Both the position numbers and the translations under genes were made by a program. From Hydrolagus colliei (taxonomy: Eukaryota), in NCBI GenBank assembly GCA_035084275.1, contig CM068751.1:4774001-4838000 (forward strand): a stretch of 64,000 bases of DNA, read 5' to 3'. Under the pieces are notes generated by a model. That model was not told the DNA's origin and did no database searches. It saw only the letters and a list, made by a program, of their open reading frames with translations. This document shows positions 49,455 through 64,000 of the stretch, piece after piece; position 1 is the first letter of the stretch, and every line of letters begins with the position of its first letter.

Positions 49455-50016
49455 TCAATCGGGATAGAGAGGGAGGGGAGGTGGGGAATAGAGAGGGAGG
49501 GGAGGGGGGCATAGAGAGATAGAGATGGAGGTGGGGGACAGAGAGATAGAGAGGAGTTGGGGTAGAGAGAAAGAGAGGGGGGAGGGGGGGTAGAGAGAAA
49601 GAGGGGAGGAGGGGAGTAGAGAGAAAGGTGGGGGGTAGAGAGAAAGAGAGGAGGGGGAGGAAGAAAGAAACACGTCTCCCAAGTCAGGAAATGCCTGGGC
49701 CCAGGTTACAATATTTCAGTTCGGTGACTGTGAAGACATGGCCTGGAGCAGGTAAGATTGGCGTTTTTATTCCTGCAATTTTTGTCACATTCTGGATTCC
49801 GGAACTCAGGACTTTTGGCTGCTCAACCTGTACACCGAAAATGTTAGCGCTAGGAAGTGCTAGAAACTAAACAGATTTTAGCTGGGAGGCTCAGGTCAGG
49901 GCAGCATTTTGGCTGCAGCCAAATACAGTAATAGAGTTAAACTCTTGCTTAACAAACTTTTCGCTTGACGAAGGGTTTTAAAGTCCCTAACCGCTTCGTT
50001 ATACGGGGTCTACCTG
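49455..50016. mobile_element. Probable truncated Tigger-like transposon (right TIR only)
   Basis: ttcgttatacggggtctacctg|ta at 49995-50018 is a CAGGTAGACCCCGTATAACGA-type TIR, similar to the 25594 MITE. Left TIR not found, so the left boundary is uncertain. Confidence 0.4.
49462..49670 (+). repeat. GA-rich low-complexity minisatellite
   Basis: gatagagagggaggggag and tagagagaaagaggg units. Confidence 0.85.
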
Positions 50017-53000
50017 TATTTAAAATTGTCTTTCTCAATGTAGGTCAGACTTTTAACATTCTGGGTTTTCTCTGTGGGCAGGGCTGGCAGGTACTCTTGT
50101 GAATGATTGAATGATTTACCGCATTGAGATTTATATACCCATCATAGCTAATACCATGACAATCTACAGTTGCACAGAATAAGTATTAATTCATGTAAAG
50201 CAGTTTGTGAGGTATGCCTCTTTTAGAAAGTCTGTATGATTTCTTCTATTACAAAAAACTCAACTTAAGAAAAAACTTTTGTATGTTGGGTTGAGTTCAG
50301 GGGTAGTGTGTACTTAACTTTATATAAATCTCTTCACCTTTCAAAAGTCTTTGTTGTGTTTTTTTCCCCTGCATTCCTAGATCCTCCAATAATCATGATT
50401 ACAGGGCTCCAGATTGGGCTGTCATGGTTTAAGGGTCCCATTGCAATGTATCTGCTCTATATTGTTGGTATTGCACATTGTTGTGTTTCACAGAATGCTC
50501 CCAGAACAATCATGGGCCTTTTCTTATCTATACTTCAGATTTTTGAGTATTTGGTGTGTTACAACGATTCTATGCAACTGCTGAGAAATCTGTTGGAACA
50601 AATTTATTTAAACAGTCGTGGAGGAGGAAAAGCAAATGTCTCCCGTTGATTTTCAGTGTTACATTTTCCCTTCTCTCCAATTTTTTTTTCTCTCTTGTCC
50701 CTAAAGACACTGACTCATTCCAGAGTGCAGTTTACTAGGCGCCAACTATAATTCTGACTCTTGCAAAGTTTGCTGATGTCAGCCGAGAGCGCTGGTGGGG
50801 AACAGGACAGATAACCTCAGCAAATCTGAGTGAGGAGGGAAAAATATTCCAACTCCCATTTGTAAACCAATGTCCCCTTTCTGGAAAACAATAAACGAGG
50901 GGCAGTCAGGAAAAATGTAGGGAGCAAAGCAAACAAGAGTACTTACTGTAACATTTTTTTAACAAATCCCCAGTGCTCACAATTCAGTGTAAGCATGAGA
51001 AATTTTATTAGCCAGGCATCTGTACCACATCCACTTTCATCAGGCCTAGGTGTTGACAGAATCAGGATGTTAGAGCAGGTGTTTAAGCGCCATTGCCCAC
51101 ACTTCTGAACATCAATTAACACTCGTGGCTGAGGGGATCACTTGACAGACTAAGGCTAAATTGGCAAAATGAATGATTCCATCTAAAAATCCAGCAACAT
51201 ATTGAATTGGCCCCAGTGTAATTACTTGCAATTATCAAATTATTACTTTTTTGAAGCAACTGTAAGACACCTCTGATCAAGTTTAGTGAATGTTATTGTG
51301 ACGTATTAGCAACGCACAACAGAGCTGCTGCTTGTTCGTGAAATGTTGGTAATCTGATATCACAGCTGATGTGAAGGGATTGTTTCTGCCATTCTCTCAT
51401 GTACACTTCTCTTGGCTACTGCTCATTCTGAGTTAAAGATAAGAATAATTGTGGTGGCCTCTTCTGTCTTACCATCCCACTGAAAGAGATGTCATAACTC
51501 TTAAATCCCTAAATGAATGGAAGCACTGTGGGTCTTGTAGCGAATGTGTTATGCATGGTGCAGTGTCTGCTATGATAACATTTCAGCAGTGATATTTTGG
51601 AAGAGTTTAAAATGGTGAGATCTTTAAATAGAAGCGCCACTATGAAGTGTCACTGTCTAAACTCTTCAACGTGGCAATGTGGAAACACATCTTGGGCTTT
51701 TACCATGATGGACACACCCAAGTGGAACAATTACATTTCCTGTGATCCATTTTAAGATTAAAAATATTTTTTATATAAATATCTTTCTCCCAGCATTTCC
51801 TTCCTCCATGGAGAGTAGAGGGTTAAAGGAAAGAGGAATAGGAGAGGTGGGAGCCTGTGGGGAATAGAAAACTGTTTGAGCTGAATGTCCTGTTTTCGTG
51901 CTCGATGTAACTCCTCCACTCTACTTTACATTTTTTGGGGGGAGGTGCCGTTTGTTGTTTTAAACTGGAGAGGGAATCATGGTGAAACTTGCCAATGACT
52001 TTAAGGTCATTAACTATATGACAACTGGAAAGGATGGCTGCTTCTAAGCAGACATGATGACCTTTGGTGCTTCTCAAGATCGCTTTGTTAACATTCAGTC
52101 CTTCTTTCTTCTAAACAATTAGCATGGATTGGTCTCGAAAATGCTGGCTACAAATGACAGAAAAACAAGATTTGTCGGGAATGTAGACCGAGTGACGACC
52201 TTACATAAAAAAATACATGGAGGAAAATTTATTATTATGGTTGGATGCATTCCTGTCCAAGACCATATGGATGTCTTCCTAGATTTAAATAACCATTGGA
52301 ATTATATTTGTGCTAGAATATTATGTCTGCTTTGCTGTTGCTGCTTTGATGTTGAATGTGACTTGTAGCCAGATTTGAATTGTGCCTTGAGACGCTTGTG
52401 TTAGTGGTATGAAATTTCAACAGCGTATTGTTCATATCAAGTCAGTTTACATGATATGAATCATGAATAATGTAGAGCTCATAATCTCTTGGTGACTGAA
52501 ACAATGTTTTTTTTTCAAACTCCTCATGTTTTTGAGAGATTTTTTGACCTAAAAGAAGCTTTTTTAAACGGGAAGTCTTTTGATCAATTACAATGAGGCA
52601 CCATTATACGGCAGCCCCAAAGGTGTTGTGGATAGAGCTGCAACTTATGTACTGCCAACTCCTGTTTTGAATCCCAGTTCAGGCTGAGTTTTCTGGTCGA
52701 AGATGTGGTTGTGTGTGAATGCTAAATTGACGCTTGCTTGTAGGTCTTAGTTGATTCAATATTTATATCCAAACAGTGTGGAACAACAATAAAAGAGGCA
52801 AACCAGATACTATTTTCACTTCACAAACCAGCTGACCATGCAGGTTGATTTGAACTTGTAATTGTATGATTCAATATGCCATTATGTTGTGCCAACAGAG
52901 TTGCTCTGACTAATTTTAAAGGAGACAGCTGGACTGGAATGGTTGTGAAATACAGGTAACACAGTCTCTCACTGTCACTTCCTTCAGGCTGCAATACATT

Positions 53001-54284
53001 TGAAAAGCATTTGGTCATAAAATGTGATGAGTTGCTTTTGAACCTCAAGGCAGCTTCATTTTCGATACGCTTTGATGCTGCAAATGTTATAAAGTAGTAT
53101 AAACTCTTGTATATGCCATTGTCTCATGTTTTGTTATTATGTTGGCAGATCATCTGGATGTAGTCTGTCAGAGAAATGCTTTGAGAGGGAGGACACTCTT
53201 CAAAGTTCCTTTCATATTGCAATCACAAACTGTGACTGGGTCATACAGGTTTATGGGAAACCTTCAAAGCTTCTCAGCAAGCTTTTATCAGAGACCTTTG
53301 CAACTTTAGTTTGTCAGAAACTTATGTGTTTCATCAAACTCTTGATTCCATGAGAACCAAATGTGGATTGTTGACAGAACTGCATGAGACTTCAAGTCAC
53401 TGACTTGTTACCTAACCTATACGCAGTGAAACACTTGCTTTGTCGGGTGAGTTACCCAGGCTTGAGACAACACTGTTAAAAAGCATGACTACAAAAGCAA
53501 CGTTTGAATAAAATGGGATTTTATTTTGCTGTTAATTCACCTATGACTTTGATTCCCTGTGATTCCTTTGATCACCTTTAGAACAAAGCTCTAACTCTTT
53601 GTAACCCCTTCCAGACTGACTGACCATTGACTACTGTTAGCCATTTACCAATACAAGGCCCCATATATCAGGTAAAAGATATTGATGCTGAATGACTCAA
53701 ATCAGTACAGTATGGAGTACAGTATAATACAATATAAGGTTCACCACATTTCTGAGGCACATGATTCCTAATTGATGAGTTAACCAGATTTCTTTATCAG
53801 CAAATGTCTGGTCATGGATTTAATAGATTTCATGACAGAAAATGACGAACAGAAAAGCTACAGGGGGTGCTTGTGAGATCCCAAAGGATCATTGAAGGTT
53901 CAGCATTCCCTAAAGATGGTTTCCATTGTGTACGGAATTAAGCCAAAGTAGCTCATTTACTTCTGATTCCATTATTGTATTGTAGGATTGCCAGCCAACT
54001 GATTTTGGCCCAAACAGTAAAAAATGTATTTTTTTAATTTTTCCGTGATCATTTTTTTTAGTAATAATAGAAGTCCATTTTTTTCACTTGATTCCATATC
54101 TGATGACTCAGAGGTACTAAAATTGGCTTGTTGTGCTTTTCAATTCATTCATTTCTTGAGGAAAGCAAACCTGGAAGCTTAATTATTCTGCCTAACCACT
54201 TTCCTGATCCTATCCACTTTTGGACTTAGCAATAGCTACCAGTCCTGTTGTTTGGTCAACTTGATTTCAATACCCTGTAGTAGA

Positions 54285-54385
54285 AATAATAATAATAATC
54301 CTTGCATTTGATATAGCGCCTTATATCTTTCAGCCTCTCAAAGTGCTTCACAAAATATACAATAAAGTGATTTGACTGTATTTTG
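54285..54385 (-). mobile_element. SINE tail
   Basis: (aat)n ccttgcatttgatatagcgcc...caaagtgcttcacaaaatatac...aagtgatttgactgtattt. Confidence 0.85.
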
Positions 54386-57043
54386 AGTCTTTACTAATTA
54401 GATGAAGTGGGATATAATAGCTGAATTAAGAATATTTTATGCTGTTGAAACCCAGAATTCATGTATTTGTGCAATGGGTTCTATCACATAATTGCTTGTG
54501 AATTTAAAGCGAGTGGCATGTTTTCATTCTAATGCTTTTCTAAAGCTGCATTCTTTTGTGTCAGATCTATCGCTTTATTGGCACAAACTGATATGAACTT
54601 CTCTGGCACTTTGATGAGGTACAGAAAGCAGTGAATTCATTTTATTGAAGGAAGGAAATCATTCTACTTGAAATGATTCCATTCTCAGCATCAACTGTGA
54701 ACCATTGAAGTACTCTGATCCTGCAAAGAGCAATGCTCGGATTCTTCTGGGCATGGAATACTTCAGGCAAAATGTTCCATGATGATAATTCCACAATGTG
54801 TTTTCTTGAGTTAACCCAAAATCATTACTTGTTAAATAATGTAATTAAGAGATTTGGTCAGTGTACAGAGACACTGCTGAGGTTGTTGTAAGACTGATGC
54901 ACATCCCATCACTTCTTTTGAGCAAGATTATCTCTTGTACACCCTCCCACCCACATTCGGGTCTGAAAGCATCATAGCAGGAACAGAAACCAAATTAATC
55001 AAATTTGAAGCTCTCAAATTATTGTCTGATCATAGGAAGCCACTACGATTTGCCTCAGATCCAGTCTTTACCCATTTTAAACTCAGGCAGATTCTACAGT
55101 TAAACCCTTGGCACAGCTGATCCTTGCCTAACTGCTCATTCTCTACCTTGAAGCAACCCTACAATGTGTATAAATAAAACTCCAATTGATGGAACCTCTT
55201 TCACACTTGTTGTCAATGCAGACTGAGGATAACATCGATGCCTCGTCCGATATGCAGAATTTCTCGGGTAGGAAAAGCTTTGACGGAGCAAAATTAGTTT
55301 GGCCTTTACCTGTGGTCAGCCTTGGTATGACAAATTTATTTAAGCTATGTGACTGTAAAAGGGAAATTCTGATTTAAAATCAGATGCTCATTCACAGTCT
55401 CCAATTGCCTGCGGGACGCATTGAGATTGCTCTGCTCCACTCCGTGAACTGGGTGCATCGCACGGCAGAATAATATGGGTTCTGCATCAGCTTCATTTTT
55501 CATTCCTCTGTAAACCAAGGAAGATCTGTTCAGATCAAATCCCACAGGAATCTGAGTCCCAAATAAGAATTGATCTGACTGCAAGAATGTTGCAGGTTAG
55601 TTACTAAAATCGATAAACTGATTTGCCATAGAAACAACTCCCAATAGTGGAACATCACAAAGTAAATCCAGATAAATGTGTAGAATTCCAGAGGGTTTTT
55701 CCCTACAGTATTTGCTGTGTACAATACCAGCTCATTTTTATTCAGAGGGAATAGCAGGTCCTCAGAGACTGAATTCTTGAAGCCGTGGACTGTCGCATTG
55801 TATTGGAAAATATTGAGAAGATACTCGTTGTTCCAATCCTTCTCAGTTGTGAGCTGGGGTTGATTTGATTTTGAAATCAGAAGGAATAATAAGAATGACT
55901 GGAGCAAACAAGTTATGATGAAGAAGAAAGATAATATTTACATTGCAGGTTGTCAATTTTAATTCATATTCATTTGTTCCACTGTTATCTTTGGCAATCT
56001 GGTGTCTGACGCTTTCGGAAACTCATTGTCATGCTTTAGAGTATCCAAGCCAGGCTGAATCCCTCCACGATCCCCCTTCACTTTCTCTGGATTTTAACAA
56101 ATGCTGCCTTTTTGGGGTGGTGTGTTTATCCACTGTTGAGGCAACAGTTCCTCTTTATTTAACACATTTAATGAATTTCAATTAGTTTGTTTTGGTCTTG
56201 TACTTAAGGTGGCTGCTAAACTCAGAGCCTCTTGTTTGTCAAAAAGAGACTGTTTTTACATCCACCGTTGCATTTAACGATTATATAGACTTTGCTATAT
56301 TTCTCTCACAACTCTGTAGAGTTTAAGCAGTGAGTAGGGAAGGATGTCATTGAATTCTCCTTTCAGGGCATGACTGGATTGTATGGCATTGCCATGGAGT
56401 TTCTCTTTATTTTCTCCCGTTCCTTTTTCTCTTGGTGAACAAAAGATGAACCCAACTAAGAATGAGCCAAGTCAATTAAGCTTTGTATGACCCATTGGTG
56501 GATGAAAAGACTCTTCAGGCATTGTGCATCCCAGAGTGCTGAATTCTGACATCCTCGCCAACACAATGGGAGTGATCTAGTGGGTGTGGCAGCTGAGACA
56601 TCACCTTTTTTTTTAAAAAAAGCCCTCCCCTGACCGAGTTTTTAAACACAATCGTTCCTTGGCCCTAGAAAGTTGAAGGATAATTGGCCTGGGAAAAAAT
56701 TAAATCCTACTCTTTATTGAAGAATGAAGGCACTGCCTCCCCATCGTGTTTGGCGGGTTTGCACTGGGTCTTTCTCTTCCCAGACACAAAGGACAGTCTA
56801 CGAGTAAAGTAAGCCTGTTGCATCCCAAAAGAAAAAAAGCAGTCCAAAGAAGATTATGTAGCTGTATTCTTTAAGGCATGACATTTTGTGAGGCACAGGG
56901 ATGGTCAGGACCACTTTAAAAGTCTTTCCTTGAAGTTTGGGGAAACGCCTCTTGGCTCCAGTCTTGATTAGGCTGCCTCTGCAATCTGTTTATACGGGAT
57001 GACTGTACAAAGCTCAGAATTTGTCACATATAAACTCTCCCTC

Positions 57044-57063
57044 TGCAGCAGCAGCAGCAGCAG
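57044..57063. repeat. (CAG)n microsatellite
   Basis: gcagcagcagcagcagcag read directly. Confidence 0.85.
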
Positions 57064-57252
57064 GCACACAAGAACAGTGAGTTGGCATTGTGCCACAAAT
57101 ACTCTGGCTCACTTGCCAGTAGTATGTCCAAAAGCAATTTTGCTCCATCAAAGCCACTTCTACTGGAGAAACTTTTCCAATCAGACAAGGCATAAATTTT
57201 ACACCTTGTCTACATTTACACCAAGTATGAAAGAGGTTTTGACAACTGGATT

Positions 57253-57330
57253 TAATAATAATAATAATAATTATTGGATTTGATATAGCGCCTTCCATGT
57301 TAAGAGGATGCCCCAAAGTGCTTCACAGTA
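57253..57330 (-). mobile_element. SINE tail
   Basis: (aat)n...atttgatatagcgccttccatgt...ggatgccccaaagtgcttcacag. Confidence 0.8.
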
Positions 57331-60300
57331 TTTGTGTGTTTGTGGGTAAATGCCACAATTATATACAAGTTATATTTATACACAAGATCTAACCAGGAAA
57401 TAAACCTGATAATATAATATACATCACTCTCATGCAATGTGAGAGATGTTCTGGGTTCTTTTGGGGTTAACAATCAGATGTGGATATGCTAACAGCATAG
57501 TTTCAGGTTTTCTGTGCTCATTGTAGCGGCTATAATCACCAATGGCCAAGTTCACCCTGGAGTCAAGTCCCTTCAGAGTTTGAGGAGCTCCGAATAAATT
57601 GATGGCTGGACACGCTTCCTCCTACAAATGCTGCTTGACTAGGACTGCGCTTTTATTGTGGTTTCCAGGAAAATTCCTTGCCCCACAGTTCCCTTTTTGA
57701 TTCAGTGTCCAGCCTAAACGTCATCAATAAGTTCCAATTGAATAAGATATGCGATGAGTGTCAATCATGTTTCATTATTGGACATAAGAAATATGGAAAC
57801 TATACTGTTTACTGTTTTTTTGTATAAATGTATGTGATGGCTTTGTGTCCCCACAGCAAGAGAGTGGTTTGATCAGACAGTTGAATGTTACACCCCTCCC
57901 TGACAGATTTTATTTATCTCACACAACCATCAGACCCAACAGACCAGCTCTCATCAGAGAATTACTATCAGTCCCGCTAAAGATGCCCTTCCCTTTAAGT
58001 CCATCTCCCCTCCCCACCCAACACTCATCTACTGTGGCATCTAAGAATATTACTGCTAAAATATCTTATGACAGATAATGCCAGAAGCTCTTTTGCTCTG
58101 GGATTGTCATTAGAACACACAACTTTTTATAATGTGTTCTTCTGAGAGAAAGCTTTTCTTTCTGACAGAATTTAACTCCAAGGACATCTTGAACATGGTT
58201 TTAATCATGCAAACAACATATTGTCTCGATTTACATTCAAACCCTAGCACGTTGTCATTGCAGGATGACGATACAGTTCCCTTATTCATATTCAGCTTGT
58301 GTAAGCAGTCGGTTCAAGTTAAAGGGATTATACAGTATTGGTCTCCGATTCCATACACTTCCCCGTCCAGAATCCAGCAATATCTGTTTTCACATGGAAT
58401 GTCAGGGCAACAACTGACATTCAGGACAAAATATCTAAATGTTACTTTTCGTTGCCTAGTGTTAACATCATAGAATGCAATTCTGGCCAGTCACACCTCT
58501 GGACGCAAAAGATGAAGTTGGTGGCATCTCTGTTCACTACTACGGGATGGCTAGGAATACGAGATGATGCACAAATATCTCTAGAAATTGCAATTTTGTT
58601 TTAATTGTGAGTTGATGTAGAAGATCATGTCTTGCGATCTGCCTTTTGTAGTCACGAATGACTTGTCCCATGAGTGATAAACCTTCTTTCACACAATGTG
58701 AGAGATTTGTCTTTTGTGAATCTTTTTTTCACACCTGTCAATATTTGATTCAGTGGCGCATATAGTGAGAAATGCAATACACAGAATGACCTTTCTAACT
58801 GGACTTTTAATTGTTGATAGATATTGACTTACTTTGGAATGAGAAGTAGAATTTTAAGACCCATGGTGAAATAACATGCTGACATTCATACATTAATCAG
58901 TGGAGATACTGAAGGGTGTCCATATTCATTTTTTCCCCCCAGTCTCCATGAAGCCCTATCACTAGGAAAGCAAGGAAAAGGACTCCCAATGCATGCGGTG
59001 GAAGGGAAAATATTTGTAGGAAAAACAAAAGACAAAGCTTTTCTCTCATGATTTCATTTGAGCCCTTCGAGGGTGTTCCAGCCAAGTAGTTTGCTCTCAG
59101 CCATCTGCTATTCTTTCTGTAACATAATCGCAAGTTTCTGACGCCCTTACAGTCTGGAAGAACGAAGCTGAATCTGTCTCTACAAGTTTCTTGACCTGTG
59201 TGATTGGGTTACACCCCGGCTCTCTCTCTCTCTCTCTCTCTGGATTTGTTGGAATACTTCATTAAGTGGGTGGCAATGTTTTTGTCTTTCCTCAATAACA
59301 AAATAAGTACCTGCAGGATACCAGCACACCACTGATGCCCTTGTGTAAATCACTTCACAGACGCAGCATTGTATATTTGAACAGGAAATATAAATACACG
59401 CTGAACACAGTGTGAAATGCCAATCTCAAACAGATATACAGAGAGTCTGTAGTCAGAAAAAAATGCAGCAAAACTAATTTTGAATCTAATCTGATCCATC
59501 TTGTGCAGATGGGGTTAAGACCCTTCGATGATAGGAATTTTTGACTGGAAGCAGTGTGAATTTGGTAAGGGTCACTTAATTTGGCTTGAGGTTTAGCCAC
59601 TAAGCGTGTCAAGTAAGTGTATGAGTGCTAGAGTAGAATAACCTAATGCTGTATCCAATGGTGTCACATGGTGGTGAATTGCATTGGGAAATTGTCTCAT
59701 CTGGTTCTCACCACAAGACCACATCTGCCCTTAATGTCAGCAGAGGTTACTTCGGCATCCAGGGTTTGCCAGAAATTAGAATAAGTTTGTAAGCGAAAGT
59801 CAACCTAATTCAAGCCCCAAAGGAGCCCAATATTATGTGTTGTCTACCACGGGTAGCAAGTGGCCAATTTTGGTTAGTGCTTTTGAAACTGTAAGAAAAG
59901 CTGGTGGGGTGGGGGAGTTTGCAGTTTTAGATTAATACCCAACACTGTAGTTCTACCCACAGTACATCAAAATTGAGCATGAACCCAACATTGTCTGCAC
60001 CTAACCTGTGTTCTAACTGATGTGCAAGTGTTTGATGCCGAAAAACGAGAGGATTTTGTCAGCAATGTCTCACTGTAAGTCCAGGTCTTGTGTTTGTTTC
60101 CCGCGGTGGGTGTCCCCACCTGGAAAGACCCGAGCAGCAACATAATCCATGCGTCACAAGCACTTTAAGACATTTATGCCTATGATAATGCGTTGATAGA
60201 ATTTGCTCAAAATGTGCAGTACAGCAAGGTGATCGGTATCTGAAAGTGAAAGACAGATGGACTTCAAATCCCAGGAGTGACCAGCAACATCCACTGTCTA

Positions 60301-61443
60301 CTCCAGAGTATTTTTAATGTAACGAGTGCCGATTTGAAACCCAGCTTCACAGCTCACTGCTACTTAGAGCATAACCGAGGGACGGATTGAGCTGATAGAG
60401 GCACTGAAGGATTGGAGAGCTCTTAGTGCAGCTCCACTTCATCATCTCTTCCCAATAAGATCAGTAATCCCTTCTTAATCATTGAAGAACAGCCAAGGAC
60501 ATTGCAATCCAACTACTTCTATATATCCCCGTGCAGAAATCTGTTAAAAAAAAAGGGGGGTGGGGAAGAGATTCAAATCCCAAACAAAATCATTCAAGAG
60601 TACAGAGATACTGCAAGGATATCTTAAAGATTACAGAAATCCCAGTTTGAGCTCTGGTGCAAGAGCTGCAATTTACTTCTCAAACTCCTTTTTGGCTGAG
60701 TGCCATGTAGTAGGAGATTAGAGAGGTTCAGCTGAGACAGTACAAAACCACTATCTGCAGTACCAGTGAATCATTTCTGGGAACCTTTCAGCTCCATGTT
60801 AAGCAGTGTGGAAAACTGCCAGTTCTATTCCGGTGATATTCAAAGCTAGCAAACTGTTCATTCCCTTTTCCTTTCTATATTTTATAGCACAGAATGTACA
60901 AATTGTTTTCTTTGCAAGCTGAACTGCTGTTTAAAACTGGATAATTCTGCCATTTCAATGGGGAATTGGGCAGAACAGTGAATTGGCACATTGTCCTTTT
61001 ACCTCGAGGGCTCGGGTTCAAATATAACCTAAGCTGTAAGGGTAAAATGACTGCTGAGTGGTCCAGAAAATGGACTTGTGACGATGAAACCAGCCTAATC
61101 ATAATGCGTTTGTCGTTTGTGTTTTCTGGCACAATTTGGTGTCCCACTATTTCCTGTTTGTTATTCAAAGCCAATCAGTTTTTTAGCTCTACTTTTGTAA
61201 GGCAATGTGAAAGTTGCTTGGCTGACCTTACTTTCACTCTTGTGCTCTTGGTGTATGCTAAGCTGAAGATTGTGCTGGTGCTTATGAGTGTGTACTCATG
61301 TTTTGTGTGTGGAAGGCAAAGTCACTCTCATGGTAAGGACCTAGGGTGAGAGATTCCTTAAGTTGCTCATGTAATGCGATGTGGAGGATGCCTTTTTTGT
61401 TGATGCTCAATCTCTCCTTTTGTAGTTTGACCTAGCCTTAGTG

Positions 61444-61691
61444 CAGTGGCTTCCAAACTTTAAATAGCGGCGCCCCCCCAACTCAGCAAAGTTTTTGTTT
61501 TGCTCCCCTCCTTCACACTCTGTTCCACAGCAGTCGGATCCTCAGCTCCACACACTCCTATCCTCGGCCCCACACACTCGGGTCCTTGGCTCCACATGCA
61601 CTCGGGGGCTTGAGACTCTAAAGCTCCGCGCCCCCAGCCAACAGTACGCGCCCCCCCAAGGGTGGTGTGCCCCACAGTTTGGAAAGCACTG
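61444..61691. mobile_element. hAT-Charlie-type MITE (248 bp)
   Basis: TIRs CAGTGGCTTCCAAACT / CAGTGCTTTCCAAACT; 8-bp TSD ccttagtg/ccttcgtg (7 of 8 match); internal tandem tcctcRgcYccacacactc units. Confidence 0.9.
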
Positions 61692-61709
61692 CCTTCGTGA
61701 GTCTGCTAT

Positions 61710-61876
61710 TAATAATAATAATCCTTGCATTTGATATAGCACCATATCACATCTTCAAGAAATCTGAAAGTGTTTCATAGAATATATTGTAAAGTGAATT
61801 GACCATATATTTTGTGGGTGGAACACGGCAGCCAATTGCACACAGCGGTATCCCACAAACAGTCGTGAATTGAAGA
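61710..61876 (-). mobile_element. SINE 3' portion
   Basis: (aat)n ccttgcatttgatatagcac...ggcagccaattgcacacagcggtatcccacaaacagtcgtg. Confidence 0.88.
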
Positions 61877-63082
61877 AAAAGAAATTTGCCCAGTTTCTTT
61901 TTCTTTTTACCATGGAGACAATGCAGCACTGAGGTCTGATTATTTGCGAGCCAGCATCAGCTTTCAGGACAGATCAAACAGACCAGGCTTGTGGTTTGGA
62001 CATCACCAGTCATCCTATTCCTCACTGGAAGTTGCAGAAAGTGCACAGAGAGAGAGAGAAAAATTGGAATCACAACTTTGAGTCTGTGTGTTTGCTCACA
62101 TGACGTTTTAACATTTATACTTGAGTTAATGCATGCACTGCTCTTTCCATGTCACTGCCACTATCTGGAAAGTGAGTGGGGTAGCGGTGGGTGGGGGAGG
62201 GGTACTGGAATAACTCCCGACATAAGTGTAGCTTTAGGCTGCTTAACAACAGTTTCTGTTTGAACTGTTATTTTAAGGGCTAGATGCAGCAGCAAATTTA
62301 CAAGTACTGTATGTTAAAACCATGGTACAAGGTGATGAGTGTCATGATATTATCTTGCTGTGTGGGTCTCCCTGTTACTTTTGGGATAAGTGGATCATGT
62401 CAAAGACAAACGATACGTCAAACGATTGTTTCATTGGATTAGTGCTGTACAGCACTGACTCCAGAGCCCATAAGGAAACCTAATGGGTGATGATACTTGG
62501 TGCGTTAAAAATAAACACTTTTTGAATCTGACTCGACATACAAAATACATGTGCACTTATCTTTTGCGGGTTTATTAATGTGCAAAAATGCCAACTTGTG
62601 CAGAAAATCTGTCTGGTATGAATACGTTTCTTCTTTGATGGGTTATTGTCTCTGTTACTCTTTGTTCTGAAGGGTAGAATGAGTCTGCAGGGCTTTTGTA
62701 TGTAATGGAAGATTGGGAGCTAAATTGCTACTGCCAAGCGCGCTGATCATTGTCAAAGTTACTGCGGTGTGAGGGAGCGAGTTCATGCTGTGATTCAACA
62801 GCCACTGTCCTTGATATGGGACAAGTTCTTCTATAAACTTACTATTAGCTTGTAGAATTACAGGGTAACCACCCCAGATTCATTTTTCTTAAATCTAGGC
62901 AGTACAATCATTTCATTTCAGCACCTTACGAAGGTGACAATACATTTTATAGGTATTCATATCTATCTCCTTTATTTTGTGCTGTATAGAACTATTTTTT
63001 CAATAGGTTCTAAAATACTTATTTGTGATTATATTCCTTGCTATTGTGCTATTATTCTAGGCTATTGTGACCATGTAATTAT

Positions 63083-63235
63083 AGGCAGTATGGCTGATGC
63101 AGAAATATAACTAAAGACCTGATCTTCGCTGACCTCAGCCAGGCACGGGTGGAGATTCAGACAAAATTGACTTTGATTCTTCTGGATGAGGAAGAGGATA
63201 CCAGCTGGGAATCCTGCTTCTTATTGCTATCCACC
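63083..63235 (+). mobile_element. AmnSINE2-like fragment
   Basis: gctgacctcagccagg...aattgactttg...cagctgggaatcctgcttcttattgctatcca. Confidence 0.5.
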
Positions 63236-63964
63236 AAGTTATCAAAGGAGCCAAGCCTGACAAGCTACAATGGCATTGCCTTGAGAGAACATAAACAGGC
63301 ATGTTTCTTTACTTCCCCTGAAGAGGAAGTCCATTTGAAACACTTGTTTTCATCCCACCGAGTTTGAACTTTGACCTGAACAATTTGCAGAAGAGTTGGA
63401 AAAATGCTACCTCCTTGACCCATCAACAAGCATGGAATGTGCATGGCTTCCTGGAGGTCAATGGTACCCTTCCCACATTGCGAAGCTCTGACCTCACATT
63501 CCCGATGCTTACTTGATCTGCTCTCCACTCAAGCGTTTCACACGAATCTGCAACGACCAGGATGAAGCTGAATTGAAAATGTCAGACTAGTTAGCAGTGG
63601 TATTAACAATACTACATGGTTCATTGGTTTAACATTGCAGTTGAATTTAAGGACTGAGAACAAAGACATTGACTGCAGTACATTAGAGAATCCCATGTAC
63701 TTGATGCAGTGAACTGCCTGCTACCATCCCAGGATGTTAAAACTAAAAGTTGGGGTCCCTTCTTCGAATCTCTATGCAATGAACTCTGCTGGTATTGCTG
63801 GTATAAAGTGAGGACCATACCAGGCTCCCTATGAGTCTCATCATTCTGTCTAATTTTCCACCTCTTCCTCTCACCTCCCATGGCCTCAAAACTGGGCATT
63901 CACTAGTGTTGAAAAATAACTTGGATAAACAGCAGCGAAAATTACCCCCACTGCTCCACCCGAG

Positions 63965-63995
63965 ACAACAACAACTTACATTTATATAGTGCCTA
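63965..63995 (-). mobile_element. L2/SINE tail terminus at the window edge
   Basis: acaacaacaacttacatttatatagtgcct. Confidence 0.6.
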
Positions 63996-64000
63996 CTATA

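Noticed and set aside
50510-50790. GLFLIYTSDF-like and KFADV-like peptides reminiscent of CR1 reverse transcriptase
   Set aside because: The motifs are about 250 bp apart instead of adjacent and too short to support a call.

Overview
This is vertebrate non-coding DNA with no intact protein-coding gene. It is most likely part of one very long intron, probably transcribed on the + strand. The repeat content suggests a cartilaginous fish, possibly a chimaera such as Callorhinchus; this is an inference from remembered consensus sequences. Repeats include L2 LINE 3' fragments, a tRNA-headed SINE with an L2-type tail, old DeuSINE/AmnSINE2-like SINEs, CR1 remnants, hAT and Tc1/mariner-Tigger non-autonomous transposons and two probable solo LTRs. 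None of the listed ORFs looks like a real gene; they fall in low-complexity, repeat-derived or unremarkable sequence. Four signals stand out. (1) At 32875-32986 a complete 3' splice-site architecture (distant TACTGAC branch point, polypyrimidine tract, 125-nt AG-free zone) ends in AG|GTAAGT, a candidate recursive 'zero-length exon' splice site. (2) At 44676-44996 a SINE insertion flanked by a target-site duplication (TSD) has the geometry of a twin-priming inversion and carries a LINE-type tail. (3) A solo LTR at 8288-8995 has a long hairpin just downstream of its TATA box. (4) Several unexplained long hairpins occur outside recognisable repeats.
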